NCBI GenBank assembly: GCA_963747775.1
Contig: CAVVGT010000003.1
Coordinates: 641,538-705,537 of the forward strand
Direction of reading: 5' to 3'
Source: an uncultured beta proteobacterium
GTDB lineage: Bacteria > Pseudomonadota > Gammaproteobacteria > Burkholderiales > SG8-39
Length of the DNA stretch: 64,000 nucleotides
Shown here: one piece after another, positions 12,205 to 21,995 of the stretch
How the letters are laid out: every line of letters starts with the position of its first letter
Numbering within the stretch: position 1 is the first letter of the stretch
Position numbers and translations under genes: made by a program
Notes under the pieces: model-generated
Databases searched by the model: none
What the model was told of the DNA's origin: nothing
The model's input: the letters and a program-made list of their open reading frames with translations, nothing else

Positions 12205-12555
12205 AACAGGGAGGAAGAGCGCGATGACCAGCGCTCTCGGAGGTAAGGGGCCGGCCGACGCTGTGCCGAACGGAGGGAATCCTGAACTCCGCGCATTGCA
12301 ACGCCGTGACGGCGATCGATCTCACTATAGAAAAGTGGCAGAGCGTCTTCAACCATGACGTTGTCCTAGGCATTGCCGCCGATTTCCGTGCATCCGTCGG
12401 GGACATCCGCGCGATTGCGCTAACGCATTGCAAAGACGCGGGAAATCGACGCTGCAGCACGAAAGCCGAGCAAGCGCCTCCAAAAGGCATAGGCCATTCG
12501 GCCTAGCTATTTCCAAGCGCGCGGGTCGGCAACCGCGCCGGCCCGGGACCGGGAA

Positions 12556-14259
12556 TCAGGCCGCCGCTTTTGCCTTCGGCGCGTCGCGCAGCTCGCGGCG
12601 CAGGACCTTGCCGACGGGGGTTTTCGGCAGCTCGGTGCGGAACTCGATCAGCTTCGGAATCTTGTAGCCGGTCAGGTGCGCGCGGCAGTGCTTGAGCACG
12701 TCTTCCACCATTAGGCCCGGATCCTTCCTGATGACGACCACCTTCACCGCTTCGCCGGACTTGTCGTCCGGCACGCCGACCGCGGCGCACTCGAGCACGC
12801 CCGGATGCATCGCGACCACGCCTTCGATCTCGTTCGGGTACACGTTGAAGCCGGACACGAGGATCATGTCCTTCTTGCGGTCGGTGATGGTGACGTAGCC
12901 GCGCGCGTCCATGAACCCGACGTCGCCGGTCTTGAGCCACCGGTCCGGCGTGAGCACCTTCACCGTTTCGGCCTCCTGCTTCCAGTACCCCTTCATCACC
13001 TGCGGTCCGCGGATGCAGATCTCGCCGGTGCACGGCTCCGCCGGTCCCTTGCCCCCGTACACCGGCAGCCGCTGCATGTTGTCGCTCATGATCGCGACTT
13101 CGGTGGAGGGGATCGGCAGGCCGATGGTGCCGTTGAACTCGGACCCGAGCGGGTTGATGCACGCGGCGGGCGAGGTCTCGGTGAGCCCGTAGGCCTCGAC
13201 GAGGCGCGTGCCGGTGACCTTCTGCCAGCGCTCGGCGACCGCGCGCTGGACCGCCGTGCCGCCGCCGAGCGAGAACTTCACGCGCTTGAAGTCGAGCTGC
13301 TCGAAACCCGCGGTGTTGAGCAGGCCGTTGAACAGCGTGTTGACCCCGGTCAGCATCGAGAAAGGCTTGCCCGCGAGCGTCTTCACGAAGGCGGGCATGT
13401 CGCGCGGGTTGGTGATCAGGACGTTCTCGCCGCCGAGCTTCATGAACACCAGGCAGTTCGCGGTGAGGCAGAAGATGTGGTACAGCGGCAGCGCGGTGAT
13501 GATGACCTCTTCGCCCTCCTTGAGGTCCTGTCCGATCCACGCCGAGCACTGCTGCAGGTTCGCGACGATGTTGCCGTGCGTGAGCATCGCGCCCTTCGCC
13601 ACGCCGGTGGTGCCGCCGGTGTATTGCAGGAAGGCGGTGTCGTCGTGCGTGAGCGGCACCTCCTTCAACGGGGCGCCAGCGCCGCGGCGCAGCGCCGCGC
13701 GGAACTCGATCGCTCCATCGATGCGCCACGCGGGGACCATCTTTTTCACGTTCTTGACGACGTAGTTGACGATCCAGCGCTTCGGGATCGGGACGAGGTC
13801 GCCGATCTGCGTGGTGACCACCGTCTCGACCGCGGTCTTCTCGAGGACCTGCTGCACGGTGTGGGCGAAGTTCTCGACCACCACGATGGCGCGCGCGCCC
13901 GAGTCCTTGAGCTGGTGTTCGAGCTCGCGGGCGGTGTACAGCGGGTTGACGTTCACGACGGTCATCCCCGCACGGAGCACGCCGAACAGCGCGATCGGGT
14001 ACTGGAGCAGGTTGGGCATCATGATCGCGACGCGCTCGCCCTTCGCGAGACCCGGCATCGACTGCAGGAACGCCGCGAAGTCGCGGCTCAGGCGATCGAG
14101 CTCGCGGTAGGTGAGCGTGACCCCGAGGTTCGAGTAGGCCGGCTTGTCGGCGAAGCGCTGGCAGCTCTTCTCCAGGATGTCCCGCACCGAGGAGAACGCC
14201 TTCATGTCGATCTCCGCAGGCATGCCAGCGGGGTAGCTCTTCAACCAGGGTTTGTCCAC
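12556..14259 (-). CDS. fadD: Long-chain fatty acid-CoA ligase
   Basis: AMP-binding motifs YTGGTTGVAKGA, AYGLTETSP and TGDVGFMD. GTG start at 14259 with GGGAG 7 nt upstream. The 865-aa ORF in the track is an Arg-rich upstream read-through. Confidence 0.9.
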   Translation of the reverse strand: MDKPWLKSYPAGMPAEIDMKAFSSVRDILEKSCQRFADKPAYSNLGVTLTYRELDRLSRDFAAFLQSMPGLAKGERVAIMMPNLLQYPIALFGVLRAGMTVVNVNPLYTARELEHQLKDSGARAIVVVENFAHTVQQVLEKTAVETVVTTQIGDLVPIPKRWIVNYVVKNVKKMVPAWRIDGAIEFRAALRRGAGAPLKEVPLTHDDTAFLQYTGGTTGVAKGAMLTHGNIVANLQQCSAWIGQDLKEGEEVIITALPLYHIFCLTANCLVFMKLGGENVLITNPRDMPAFVKTLAGKPFSMLTGVNTLFNGLLNTAGFEQLDFKRVKFSLGGGTAVQRAVAERWQKVTGTRLVEAYGLTETSPAACINPLGSEFNGTIGLPIPSTEVAIMSDNMQRLPVYGGKGPAEPCTGEICIRGPQVMKGYWKQEAETVKVLTPDRWLKTGDVGFMDARGYVTITDRKKDMILVSGFNVYPNEIEGVVAMHPGVLECAAVGVPDDKSGEAVKVVVIRKDPGLMVEDVLKHCRAHLTGYKIPKLIEFRTELPKTPVGKVLRRELRDAPKAKAAA

Positions 14260-14357
14260 GTCTTCGCTCCCGTTGGTCCGACCGTCGGGCAGGCGCCCGC
14301 GGCGGAGGGGCGAAGCGTAGCCAAGTGGCCTGTCGGGTGCAACCGCCGGACCGGCGG

Positions 14358-15101
14358 TCAGACGCCCTCGGCGTCGAAGGGGCGCGGGTCGGCGGCAAAA
14401 AGGCGGGCGTTGATCCGGGCCTCGCGGGCACCGATAACCGCCAGAAACTCGTCGGCGCCGCGCATGCCGCGGAAGGCCCCGAAGCCGCGCGCGAGGAAGT
14501 CGTGCAGCGCGCCGAGGCCGGCCGCGTGCGCCGGCCCCTCCATCAGCCGCAGGGCGCCCGCGATAAGGGGTTTGCGCGCCAAGCGATCCAGCGCGGTCCC
14601 GATGCGCCCGGTGAGCCAGATCTGCCGCTCGCGCTCCGCAGCCGAGCCCGCGGCGCGGTACGCCTTCGCGTACGCGGTCTCCGAGACCTCGAGCGCGCGC
14701 GCCCCCGGCTGCAGTCGGCGCAGCGCCACGGCCACCTGCTGATCGAGGCCCTCGGCGAGCGCGTCCAGCTCGACCGCGAGGGCGATCGTCTCGAGCGCGC
14801 TCGCCGGGAGCATGCGCGTCATCGTCGGGATGATGCGGGCGACCTCCTCGTCGCGCGCGGAGAAGTCCTTGGGGCCGTACAGGTCGGACAGGAAGAACGC
14901 CGCCGCGGGGCCGTAGCGCGGGCTCGCGAGGAGGTCGGGGTAGGTCCGCGCGAGTCGGTCCGCCTGCCAGGCACGCACCAGCAGCCGGTCCTGCGCGAGC
15001 ACGGGATCGGCGCGGGCCGCGTCGCGCAGCGCGCGCACCCGCGCGACGCCCACGCGCAGCCGCTCTGCGGGGGTGGCCGAACCGGAAGCGCCCGAAGTCA
15101 T
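14358..15101 (-). CDS. Conserved hypothetical protein (247 aa) with an FFLSDLYGPKDF motif
   Basis: Helical, non-repetitive ORF. I recall a family named after an FFLEELY-type motif but cannot verify the match. Confidence 0.6.
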   Translation of the reverse strand: MTSGASGSATPAERLRVGVARVRALRDAARADPVLAQDRLLVRAWQADRLARTYPDLLASPRYGPAAAFFLSDLYGPKDFSARDEEVARIIPTMTRMLPASALETIALAVELDALAEGLDQQVAVALRRLQPGARALEVSETAYAKAYRAAGSAAERERQIWLTGRIGTALDRLARKPLIAGALRLMEGPAHAAGLGALHDFLARGFGAFRGMRGADEFLAVIGAREARINARLFAADPRPFDAEGV

Positions 15102-15214
15102 GCGGCGCGATTATAGGGAGGCGTGCGCGCCGCCAGGCGGCGCGCACCCGCATTAGAGCAAGGGCTCTACGGTCCGGCGCTAAAATCGATCGCGATTCCA
15201 GCCGAGTGCCGCGA

Positions 15215-16652
15215 ATGAACGCCCCCAGCCCGCAGGCTCCCGCTTTCGGCGCCGTGAACCTCGCGCAGCGCTTCGACGCACAGCGTGTTGCGTTCGCGCG
15301 CGCACCCTACCCGGATGCGGCGGCGCGCGATCGGCGCCTCGCCGCGCTGGAGCGATTGCTGTACGACAACGCAGCCGCCATCGCCGACGCGGTGTCGCGG
15401 GATTTCGGACACCGCTCCACGCACGAGACGCGGCTGCTCGAGCTGTTCCCCAGCCTGGAAGCGGTACGCCACGCGCGCCGCCACCTGAGGAAGTGGATGC
15501 GGCCCAAGCGGCGTGCCACCTCGCTGTGGTTCCTGCCCGGGCGAGCGCAAGTGATCGCGCAGCCGCTGGGCGTGGTCGGGATCATCGTTCCCTGGAACTA
15601 TCCGGTCTATCTCGCGATCGGTCCGCTCGTCGCCGCCTTGTCGGCGGGCAACCGTGCGCTCGTGAAGATGTCCGAGCTCGTGCCGGCGACGGGCGCGCTG
15701 CTTGGAGAGCTCGTGCGCGCTGCGTTCGATCCGGAGGAGGTCGCGATCCTAACCGGCGACGCCGAAGTCGGGCGCGCGTTCGCGGCGTTGCCGTTCGACC
15801 ACCTGCTGTTCACCGGCTCGACCGGCGTGGGTCGCGCGGTGATGCGGGCGGCGGCGGAGAACCTCACGCCGGTGACCCTCGAGCTCGGGGGTAAGTCGCC
15901 GGCGATCGTCGGTCCGGACTACCCGATCGAGGCCGCGGCCGAGCGCATCCTGGTCGGGAAGCTGCCTGAACGCCGGTCAGACGTGCATCGCGCCCGACTA
16001 CACGCTCGTTCCCGCGGCGCGGCTGCGCGAATTCGTCGACGCCGCGCGCCGAGTCGTCGCGGCCTGCTATCCGGATCCGCTGCGCTCCCCGGATTACAGC
16101 TCGATCATCGACGCGCGGCACTTCGGGCGCCTCGTCGGCTACATCGACGAGGCGCGCGCGCAGGGCGCGGAGGTGCTCACGCTCGGACCGACCGGCGTGG
16201 CGCCGGACGCCGGCACGCGGCGGATCCCGCCGACGCTCCTCGTCGGTGCCCCCGATTCGTGCCGCGTGATGCGCGAGGAGATCTTCGGGCCGATCCTGCC
16301 GGTGATTGCCTACGCGTCGTTCGACGACGCGCTCGCGTACGTCAATGCGCGGCCGCGGCCGCTCGCGCTCTATTGCTTCGACCGTGACGCATCGCGCATT
16401 CGTCGCGTGCTGACCGAGACCGTCGCCGGCGGGGTGACGATCAACGACACCATTCTGCACATCGCGCAGGACGATCTGCCGTTCGGCGGCGTGGGGCCGA
16501 GCGGGATGGGGCAGTACCACGGCTACGACGGCTTCGTCGCGTTCTCGAAGCAGAAGGGCGTCTTCCGGCAGGCGCGCGTGAACGCGATGACACTCTTCAA
16601 GCCGCCATACGGCAAGACCTTCGAGCGTCTCGTGGACTTCCTCCTGCGTTGA
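15215..16652 (+). pseudogene. Class-3 (coniferyl/fatty) aldehyde dehydrogenase, with a frameshift just before the catalytic Cys
   Basis: PWNYP and ELGGKSP motifs in frame 1. GQTCIAPDY, EEIFGPILPV and the C-terminus are in the +1 frame. An extra C at ~15965 (AAG CTG C CTG AAC) separates them. Confidence 0.8.
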
Positions 16653-17164
16653 TGGTTTCCCGCCGGCAGTTCATCAGGTTCGGAGTCGCCGGCGGTCTGC
16701 TGCTCGCCGCCGCCGGCGCCACGCGGGCGCAGAAAAGCGATCGCGCCGCGACCGGCGCCGACCCGCCCGAAGTGTTGACCGAGAGCGACCGCGAGGTGCT
16801 TGCAGCGGTCGCGCCGGCGATCCTCGCCGGCACCGGGGCGGCGGGCGCGGGCCTCACGGCGATCGTCGGCAGCATCGATCGCGCCGTCGCGGGACTGCCA
16901 CCGCACCTGCAGGCGGAGGTGAAGGACCTTCTCGCGCTTCTCGCGTCGTGGCCCGGGCGGCGCCTGCTCGCGGGCGTGAGCGCCGCGTGGCCGCAGGCTT
17001 CGCCGGCCGACATCACGGCATTCCTGGAGCGGTGGCGGTTCAGCCGCTGGGCCCTGCTCCAGCAGGCGTATCACGCGCTGCACGAGCTCGTCCTCGCGGC
17101 GTGGTACGCGCGGCCGGACAGCTGGCCGGCGATCGGCTATCCCGGCCCACCGGCGCTCGGATGA
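16652..17164 (+). CDS. Tat-signal small subunit (gluconate 2-dehydrogenase subunit-3-like) of the flavoprotein dehydrogenase
   Basis: Twin-arginine motif SRRQFIRFG plus an h-region ending AAAGATRAQ. Its stop overlaps the next start as ATGA. Confidence 0.7.
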   Translation: MVSRRQFIRFGVAGGLLLAAAGATRAQKSDRAATGADPPEVLTESDREVLAAVAPAILAGTGAAGAGLTAIVGSIDRAVAGLPPHLQAEVKDLLALLASWPGRRLLAGVSAAWPQASPADITAFLERWRFSRWALLQQAYHALHELVLAAWYARPDSWPAIGYPGPPALG

Positions 17165-18771
17165 TCCGCGACCCGATCCGCGCAGGGCTCGCGTCGGGCT
17201 GGAAGATCATCGACGCTTCGGCACTCGAGCGCGACCTCGTCCTCGATGCGGACGTCGCGATCGTCGGCACCGGCGCGGGCGGCGGCGTGACCGCGGAGAT
17301 CCTTGCGGCGGCGGGGCTTGACGTCGTGCTCGTCGAGGAGGGGCCGCTCAAGAGCTCATCCGACTTTCGCATGCTGGAGGCCGAGGCTTACCCGCAGCTC
17401 TACCAGGAGTCGGCGGCGCGCAAGACGCTCGACAAGGCGATCACGATCCTGCAGGGCCGCAATGTGGGCGGCTCGACGACGGTGAACTGGACCTCGAGCT
17501 TTCGCACGCCCGAGGCGACGCTCGCGTATTGGCGCGAACGCTTCGGTCTGAGCGAGCTCACCGCCCCGGCGCTCGCGCCGTGGTTCGAGCGCATGGAGCG
17601 GCGCCTGGCGATCGCGCCCTGGACGGTGCCGGCGAACGAGAACAACGAAGTGCTTCGCCGCGGCGGGGCGAAGCTCGGCATCGCGACCGCGACGATCCGC
17701 CGCAACGTCAGCGGCTGCCTGAACCTCGGCTATTGCGGCATGGGGTGCCCGACGAACGCGAAACAGTCGATGCTGGTGACGACGATTCCGGCGGCGCTCG
17801 ATCGAGGCGCGCGCCTCGTCTGCCTCGCGCGCGCAGAGCGTCTGCACCTGAGCCGAGGGCGTGCGGACGTGCTCGAGTGCCGCGCGCTGGACGCGCGCGG
17901 CGTGCATCCGACCGGGCGGCGCATCACGGTGCGTGCGCGCCACTATGTCATCGCGGCGGGCGGCATCGGCTCTCCGGCGCTGCTCCTGCGCAGCGGGGCG
18001 CCCGACCCGTACCGCGTGCTCGGGTTCCGCACGTTCCTGCACCCGACGGTGATCTCCGCTGCGGTGATGCACGGCCCGGTGCGGGGCTATGCCGGCGCCC
18101 CGCAGACGGTCTACACGGACCACTTCCTCGAGCGCGGCCCCCTTGACGGCCCGGTCGGGTTCAAGCTCGAGGCGGCGCCGCTGCACCCGGTGCTGTTCGG
18201 CATGACGCTGCAGGGGTTCGGTGCACGGCACGCCGGGCTGATGAAGTCGTTCCCCGATTCCCAGGTCCTGCTGGCGCTGCTGCGCGACGGATTCCATTCC
18301 GACAGTCCCGGTGGCAACGTCGGACTGCGCGACGACGGATCGCCCGTGCTCGCGTACCCGCTCACGCCGTATCTCTGGGACGGGGTCCGGCGGGCGCTGC
18401 TCGCCATGGCCGAGATCCAGTTCGCCGCGGGCGCGCGCGAGGTCCTGCCGGTGCACGAGCGTGCGGCGCCGTACGGTTCCTGGGCCGCGGCGAAGGCGGG
18501 CATCGACGCCTTGCCGCTCGAGCCCCTGCTCGCGCGTGTGGTGTCGGCGCACGTCATGGGTGGCTGCGCCATGGCCGACCGGCCGCAGCGCGGCGTGGTC
18601 GACGCCAACGGGCGGCACTTCCAGATCGGGAACCTCTCCGTGCACGACGGCTCCGTCTTCCCGACCAGCCTTGGGGTCAACCCGCAGCTCTCGATCTACG
18701 CGCTGATCGCGCGCAACGCTACGGTGCTCGCCGGTGCGCTGACCGCCAAACCCGTTCCCCAGGGCGCGTGA
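17161..18771 (+). CDS. GMC-family FAD-dependent oxidoreductase (alcohol/polyol dehydrogenase type)
   Basis: N-terminal FAD fold DVAIVGTGAGGG and GMC C-terminal region HVMGGCAM...NLSVHDGSVFP. Coupled to both neighbours by 4-nt overlaps. Confidence 0.85.
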   Translation: MIRDPIRAGLASGWKIIDASALERDLVLDADVAIVGTGAGGGVTAEILAAAGLDVVLVEEGPLKSSSDFRMLEAEAYPQLYQESAARKTLDKAITILQGRNVGGSTTVNWTSSFRTPEATLAYWRERFGLSELTAPALAPWFERMERRLAIAPWTVPANENNEVLRRGGAKLGIATATIRRNVSGCLNLGYCGMGCPTNAKQSMLVTTIPAALDRGARLVCLARAERLHLSRGRADVLECRALDARGVHPTGRRITVRARHYVIAAGGIGSPALLLRSGAPDPYRVLGFRTFLHPTVISAAVMHGPVRGYAGAPQTVYTDHFLERGPLDGPVGFKLEAAPLHPVLFGMTLQGFGARHAGLMKSFPDSQVLLALLRDGFHSDSPGGNVGLRDDGSPVLAYPLTPYLWDGVRRALLAMAEIQFAAGAREVLPVHERAAPYGSWAAAKAGIDALPLEPLLARVVSAHVMGGCAMADRPQRGVVDANGRHFQIGNLSVHDGSVFPTSLGVNPQLSIYALIARNATVLAGALTAKPVPQGA

Positions 18772-19703
18772 GCGGCACGCTCGCTCGCGCGCTGCGCCGC
18801 CTCCTCGCGCTGGAGCTCGGGCTCTATGTCCTCGTGGGCGCATGGCTCGTCGGCGCGTGGGACCGGAGCGCCGGAGACGCGGTGCTCCTCGCCATTGGGT
18901 GCGCGCTGGTCCTGCGCATCGGCTTCGGTCTCGCCACCTACGCGTTTGCATGGTGGTGGCACAGCGCGGTGCCCGCCGCGTTCCGGATCGGTCCGATCGC
19001 GCTGATCCGCCACGCGGTCGTGGAGATCGCCGCAATCGTCGCGGCCTACGCGATCCTGCAGCCATTCGAACGCTCGTGGATGGGCGCGGCGGGACCGTCG
19101 CCTCAATCCGGCACGCGGCTGCCGGTGCTTCTGGTGCACGGATACGTCTGCAACCGCGCGGTGTGGTGGCCCCTTGTGCGCGCACTCAATGCGCGGGGCG
19201 AGTTCGTCTACGCAACGAGCTTCGAGCCGATCTACGGCTCCATCGACCTGTGGGTGCCGCAGCTCGCGGCGTGCATCGACGAGTTGCTCGCCGTCACCGG
19301 GCGGCAACGGGTCGTGGTCGTCACGCACAGCATGGGCGGCCTGGCGGCGCGCGCGTACCTACGCACCCACGGCGGGGCGAAGGTGGCGCGCGCGATCACC
19401 CTCGGCGCGCCCCATCACGGCAGCCTGCATGCGCATCTCGGGGCCGGCGAGAACGCGCGTCAGATGGAGCCGGGTTCGCCCTGGCTCGCGGCGCTCGCGG
19501 CGGCCGAAGGCGGCGGGGTCGCGGCGCCGCTCGTCTCGATCTACTCGCATCACGACGACTTCGTCGCGCCGCAGGCGAGCGCCGCGCATCCGCAGGCGCG
19601 CAACATCGCGCTCGCCGGCGTCGGGCACCTTGCAATGCTCTTCTCGCATCCCGTGCGCGAACTGATCACGCGGGAGATCGACGCCGCGAACACCTCGCGC
19701 TAG
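18768..19703 (+). CDS. Membrane-anchored alpha/beta hydrolase (lipase/esterase-like)
   Basis: Hydrophobic N-terminal segments, nucleophile elbow HSMGG, downstream Asp/His candidates (HHDDFV, GVGHLAM). GTGA overlap with the GMC gene. Confidence 0.75.
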   Translation: MSGTLARALRRLLALELGLYVLVGAWLVGAWDRSAGDAVLLAIGCALVLRIGFGLATYAFAWWWHSAVPAAFRIGPIALIRHAVVEIAAIVAAYAILQPFERSWMGAAGPSPQSGTRLPVLLVHGYVCNRAVWWPLVRALNARGEFVYATSFEPIYGSIDLWVPQLAACIDELLAVTGRQRVVVVTHSMGGLAARAYLRTHGGAKVARAITLGAPHHGSLHAHLGAGENARQMEPGSPWLAALAAAEGGGVAAPLVSIYSHHDDFVAPQASAAHPQARNIALAGVGHLAMLFSHPVRELITREIDAANTSR

Positions 19704-19767
19704 GATCGACCTAGCTCGCATGGACGCGGTCCCGCATCGCGGGATCGCGGTGACCCGCCGGGGAGCG

Positions 19768-21756
19768 TTAGAAATGGATCCCGCGCATCAGGTTCGACAC
19801 CGCGATCATGTCCGGTGTGGCCGCCGGCGTGGTCTCGTCCTTCTTGCCTTGTGCCGCGGACGAATCGGGGAACATGCGGAAGGTCGTGTTCATGATGATC
19901 TGGGCGATGCGCGGCAGCAGCGCGTGCAGCACCTCGCCGAAGACGCCGAGCCGCGTGGCGATCCGCACCGGCTTGTACACGATTCCCTCCACGACCATGT
20001 CGGCCGCCTCGTCCGGGTTGAGGGTCGGAACCTGGTTGTAGATCTTGGTCGGCGCGATCATCGGCGTCTTCACGAGCGGCATGTTGATGGTCGTGAACTG
20101 GATGCCCATGTCGGCGAACTCGGAGGAGGCGCAGCGCGTCCAGGCGTCCATCGCGGCCTTTGACGCGACGTATGCCGAGAAGCGGGGCGCGTTCGTGAGC
20201 ACGCCGATCGACGAGATGTTGATCACGTGACCGCGGCGCTTCTTGATCATCATCGGCAGCAGGCCGAGCGTGAGCCGCAGCGCGCCGTAATAGTTCACCG
20301 ACATCGTGCGTTCGAAGTCGTGGTAGCGGTCGAACGAGTTCTCGATCGCCCGTCGGATGGAGCGGCCCGCGTTGTTCACCAGGATGTCGACGCCCCCGTG
20401 GACGTCCTCGAGCTTGCGCACCAGCTCCTCGCACTGGCTCGCGTCCGACACGTCGGCGGAGTAGGTGACGACGGAGTGGCCTTTCGCCTCGATCTCCTTC
20501 TTCGCCGCGGCGAGCTTCTCGGGGTCGCGCGCGATAATAATCGTCGTCGCGCCGGCTGCGGCGACCTTGTGCGCGGTCGCGAGCCCGATCCCGGAGGAGC
20601 CACCGGTAATCAGGACCACCTTGCCCTTCACGGTGCCCTTCAGCGTGCGGTCGATGAGGAGGTCGGGGTCGAGATGCCGCTCCCAGTAGTCCCAGAGGCG
20701 CCACGCATAGGTCTCCAGCGCCGGGACCTCGATGCCCGAGCCCTTCAGCGCCGCGGCGGCTTCGCGGCAATCAAAGCGCGTCGGGTAGTTGACGAAAGTG
20801 AGAATGTCCTCGGGCAGGCCGAGATCCCTCATGACCGCCTTCTGGATCCGCCGCACGGGCGTGAGCGCCATGAGCCCCTTCTTGATGCCCTTCGGGATAA
20901 AGCCGAAGAGTGCGGCGTTCACGTACAGCGACATGGACGGCGCATGCCCCGCCTTCGCGAAGATGTTCAGAACCTCGCCGACGCGCTTCGGCGACGGGTC
21001 GACGAGATGAAAGCACTTGCCGTCGAGGCCCTTCTTGTGGGCGATGTGGTCCATCGCGTCGACCACGAAATCGACCGGGACGATATTGATCCGCCCGCCC
21101 TCCAGGCCCACCGTCGGCATCCACGGCGGGAGCAGCTGCCGCAGGCGCTGGATCAGCTTGAAGAAGTAGTAGGGCCCGTCGATCTTGTCCATCTCGCCGG
21201 AGCGCGAGTCGCCGACGACGAGTCCCGGGCGGTAGACCCGCCAGGGCACCTGGCAGTCCTGGCGCACCAGCTTCTCGGACTCGTGCTTGGTCGCGAAATA
21301 GGGATGGTCGAGACCCTCGGCCTCCTCGAACATGTCCTCGCGAAACGCGCCTTCGTAGAGGCCGGCGGCGGCGATCGAGCTGGCATGGTGAAAGCAGCCG
21401 GCGCCGATCTCGTTCGCGAAGAGGACCGTGTGCTTCGTCCCCTCGATGTTCGCGATGCGCTGGGACTCCTCGTCCGCCTTGAGGTCGTACACGGCGGCGA
21501 GGTGGAAGAAATGCTTGATCTTGCCCTCGAGCTTCTTCCGCTCCGCGGCGGTGATGCCGAGGCCGGGCAAGGCGAGATCGCCGCGAACCGGAACGGCGCG
21601 GGTCTCGTCCACGCCCCAGTAGTCGAGGAGATCGGTGCTGCGCTTGGCCGATCGATCGCGCACCAGGAAATGGACCACCGTGCCCTTGCGTTCGAGGATC
21701 TTGCGGACGAGGCGCTTGCCGATGAAGCCGGTCGCGCCGGTGACGAAATAATGCAT
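19768..21756 (-). CDS. Two-domain fatty acyl-CoA/aldehyde reductase (Marinobacter FAR-like, 662 aa)
   Basis: The N-terminal extended-SDR reductase domain has VTGATGFIGKRL. The C-terminal classical SDR has ITGGSSGIG, NNAG and YVASKAA. Architecture and length match the ~660-aa bacterial FAR as I recall it. Confidence 0.8.
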   Translation of the reverse strand: MHYFVTGATGFIGKRLVRKILERKGTVVHFLVRDRSAKRSTDLLDYWGVDETRAVPVRGDLALPGLGITAAERKKLEGKIKHFFHLAAVYDLKADEESQRIANIEGTKHTVLFANEIGAGCFHHASSIAAAGLYEGAFREDMFEEAEGLDHPYFATKHESEKLVRQDCQVPWRVYRPGLVVGDSRSGEMDKIDGPYYFFKLIQRLRQLLPPWMPTVGLEGGRINIVPVDFVVDAMDHIAHKKGLDGKCFHLVDPSPKRVGEVLNIFAKAGHAPSMSLYVNAALFGFIPKGIKKGLMALTPVRRIQKAVMRDLGLPEDILTFVNYPTRFDCREAAAALKGSGIEVPALETYAWRLWDYWERHLDPDLLIDRTLKGTVKGKVVLITGGSSGIGLATAHKVAAAGATTIIIARDPEKLAAAKKEIEAKGHSVVTYSADVSDASQCEELVRKLEDVHGGVDILVNNAGRSIRRAIENSFDRYHDFERTMSVNYYGALRLTLGLLPMMIKKRRGHVINISSIGVLTNAPRFSAYVASKAAMDAWTRCASSEFADMGIQFTTINMPLVKTPMIAPTKIYNQVPTLNPDEAADMVVEGIVYKPVRIATRLGVFGEVLHALLPRIAQIIMNTTFRMFPDSSAAQGKKDETTPAATPDMIAVSNLMRGIHF

Positions 21757-21898
21757 GCTCGATCCTCCTTGTACCGCCCTGCGGCGGGGGTGCGCGGTCG
21801 CGGCGCCGCACGTGTGCCGCCGCGTGCGCCGGGGCGGCGGATTATAGATCCTGGGGAATCGGGTGGTGCCCGGGACGCAGACGGTTTTAGGGTGTCGG

Positions 21899-21919
21899 TT
21901 CTAGGCAGAGGACCTAGAA
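21899..21919. promoter_or_regulatory. Candidate operator palindrome upstream of the phasin gene
   Basis: TTCTAGG-N7-CCTAGAA, a 7-bp perfect inverted repeat. It lies 77-97 nt upstream of the phasin ATG in the FAR/phasin divergent region. Confidence 0.35.
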
Positions 21920-21995
21920 TGGCTCTTGAGCGCCGGCGGCAAGACCGGCGCGGCGGCGGCCCCCGGTCGCCGGCCATCGAGAACGGGAGACACAC

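Noticed and set aside
12306-12506. 66-aa GTG-initiated ORF (MTAIDLTIEKWQSVF...) in the phaC/fadD spacer
   Set aside because: It has no RBS and no recognisable family. Its orientation opposes the only good terminator. I treat it as non-coding unless conservation shows otherwise.
12556-15153. 865-aa ORF suggesting a giant FadD fusion
   Set aside because: Only the last 567 codons are FadD-like. The upstream ~300 codons are Arg-rich read-through overlapping the real 14358-15101 gene in another frame. A GTG with a good RBS sits at 14259.
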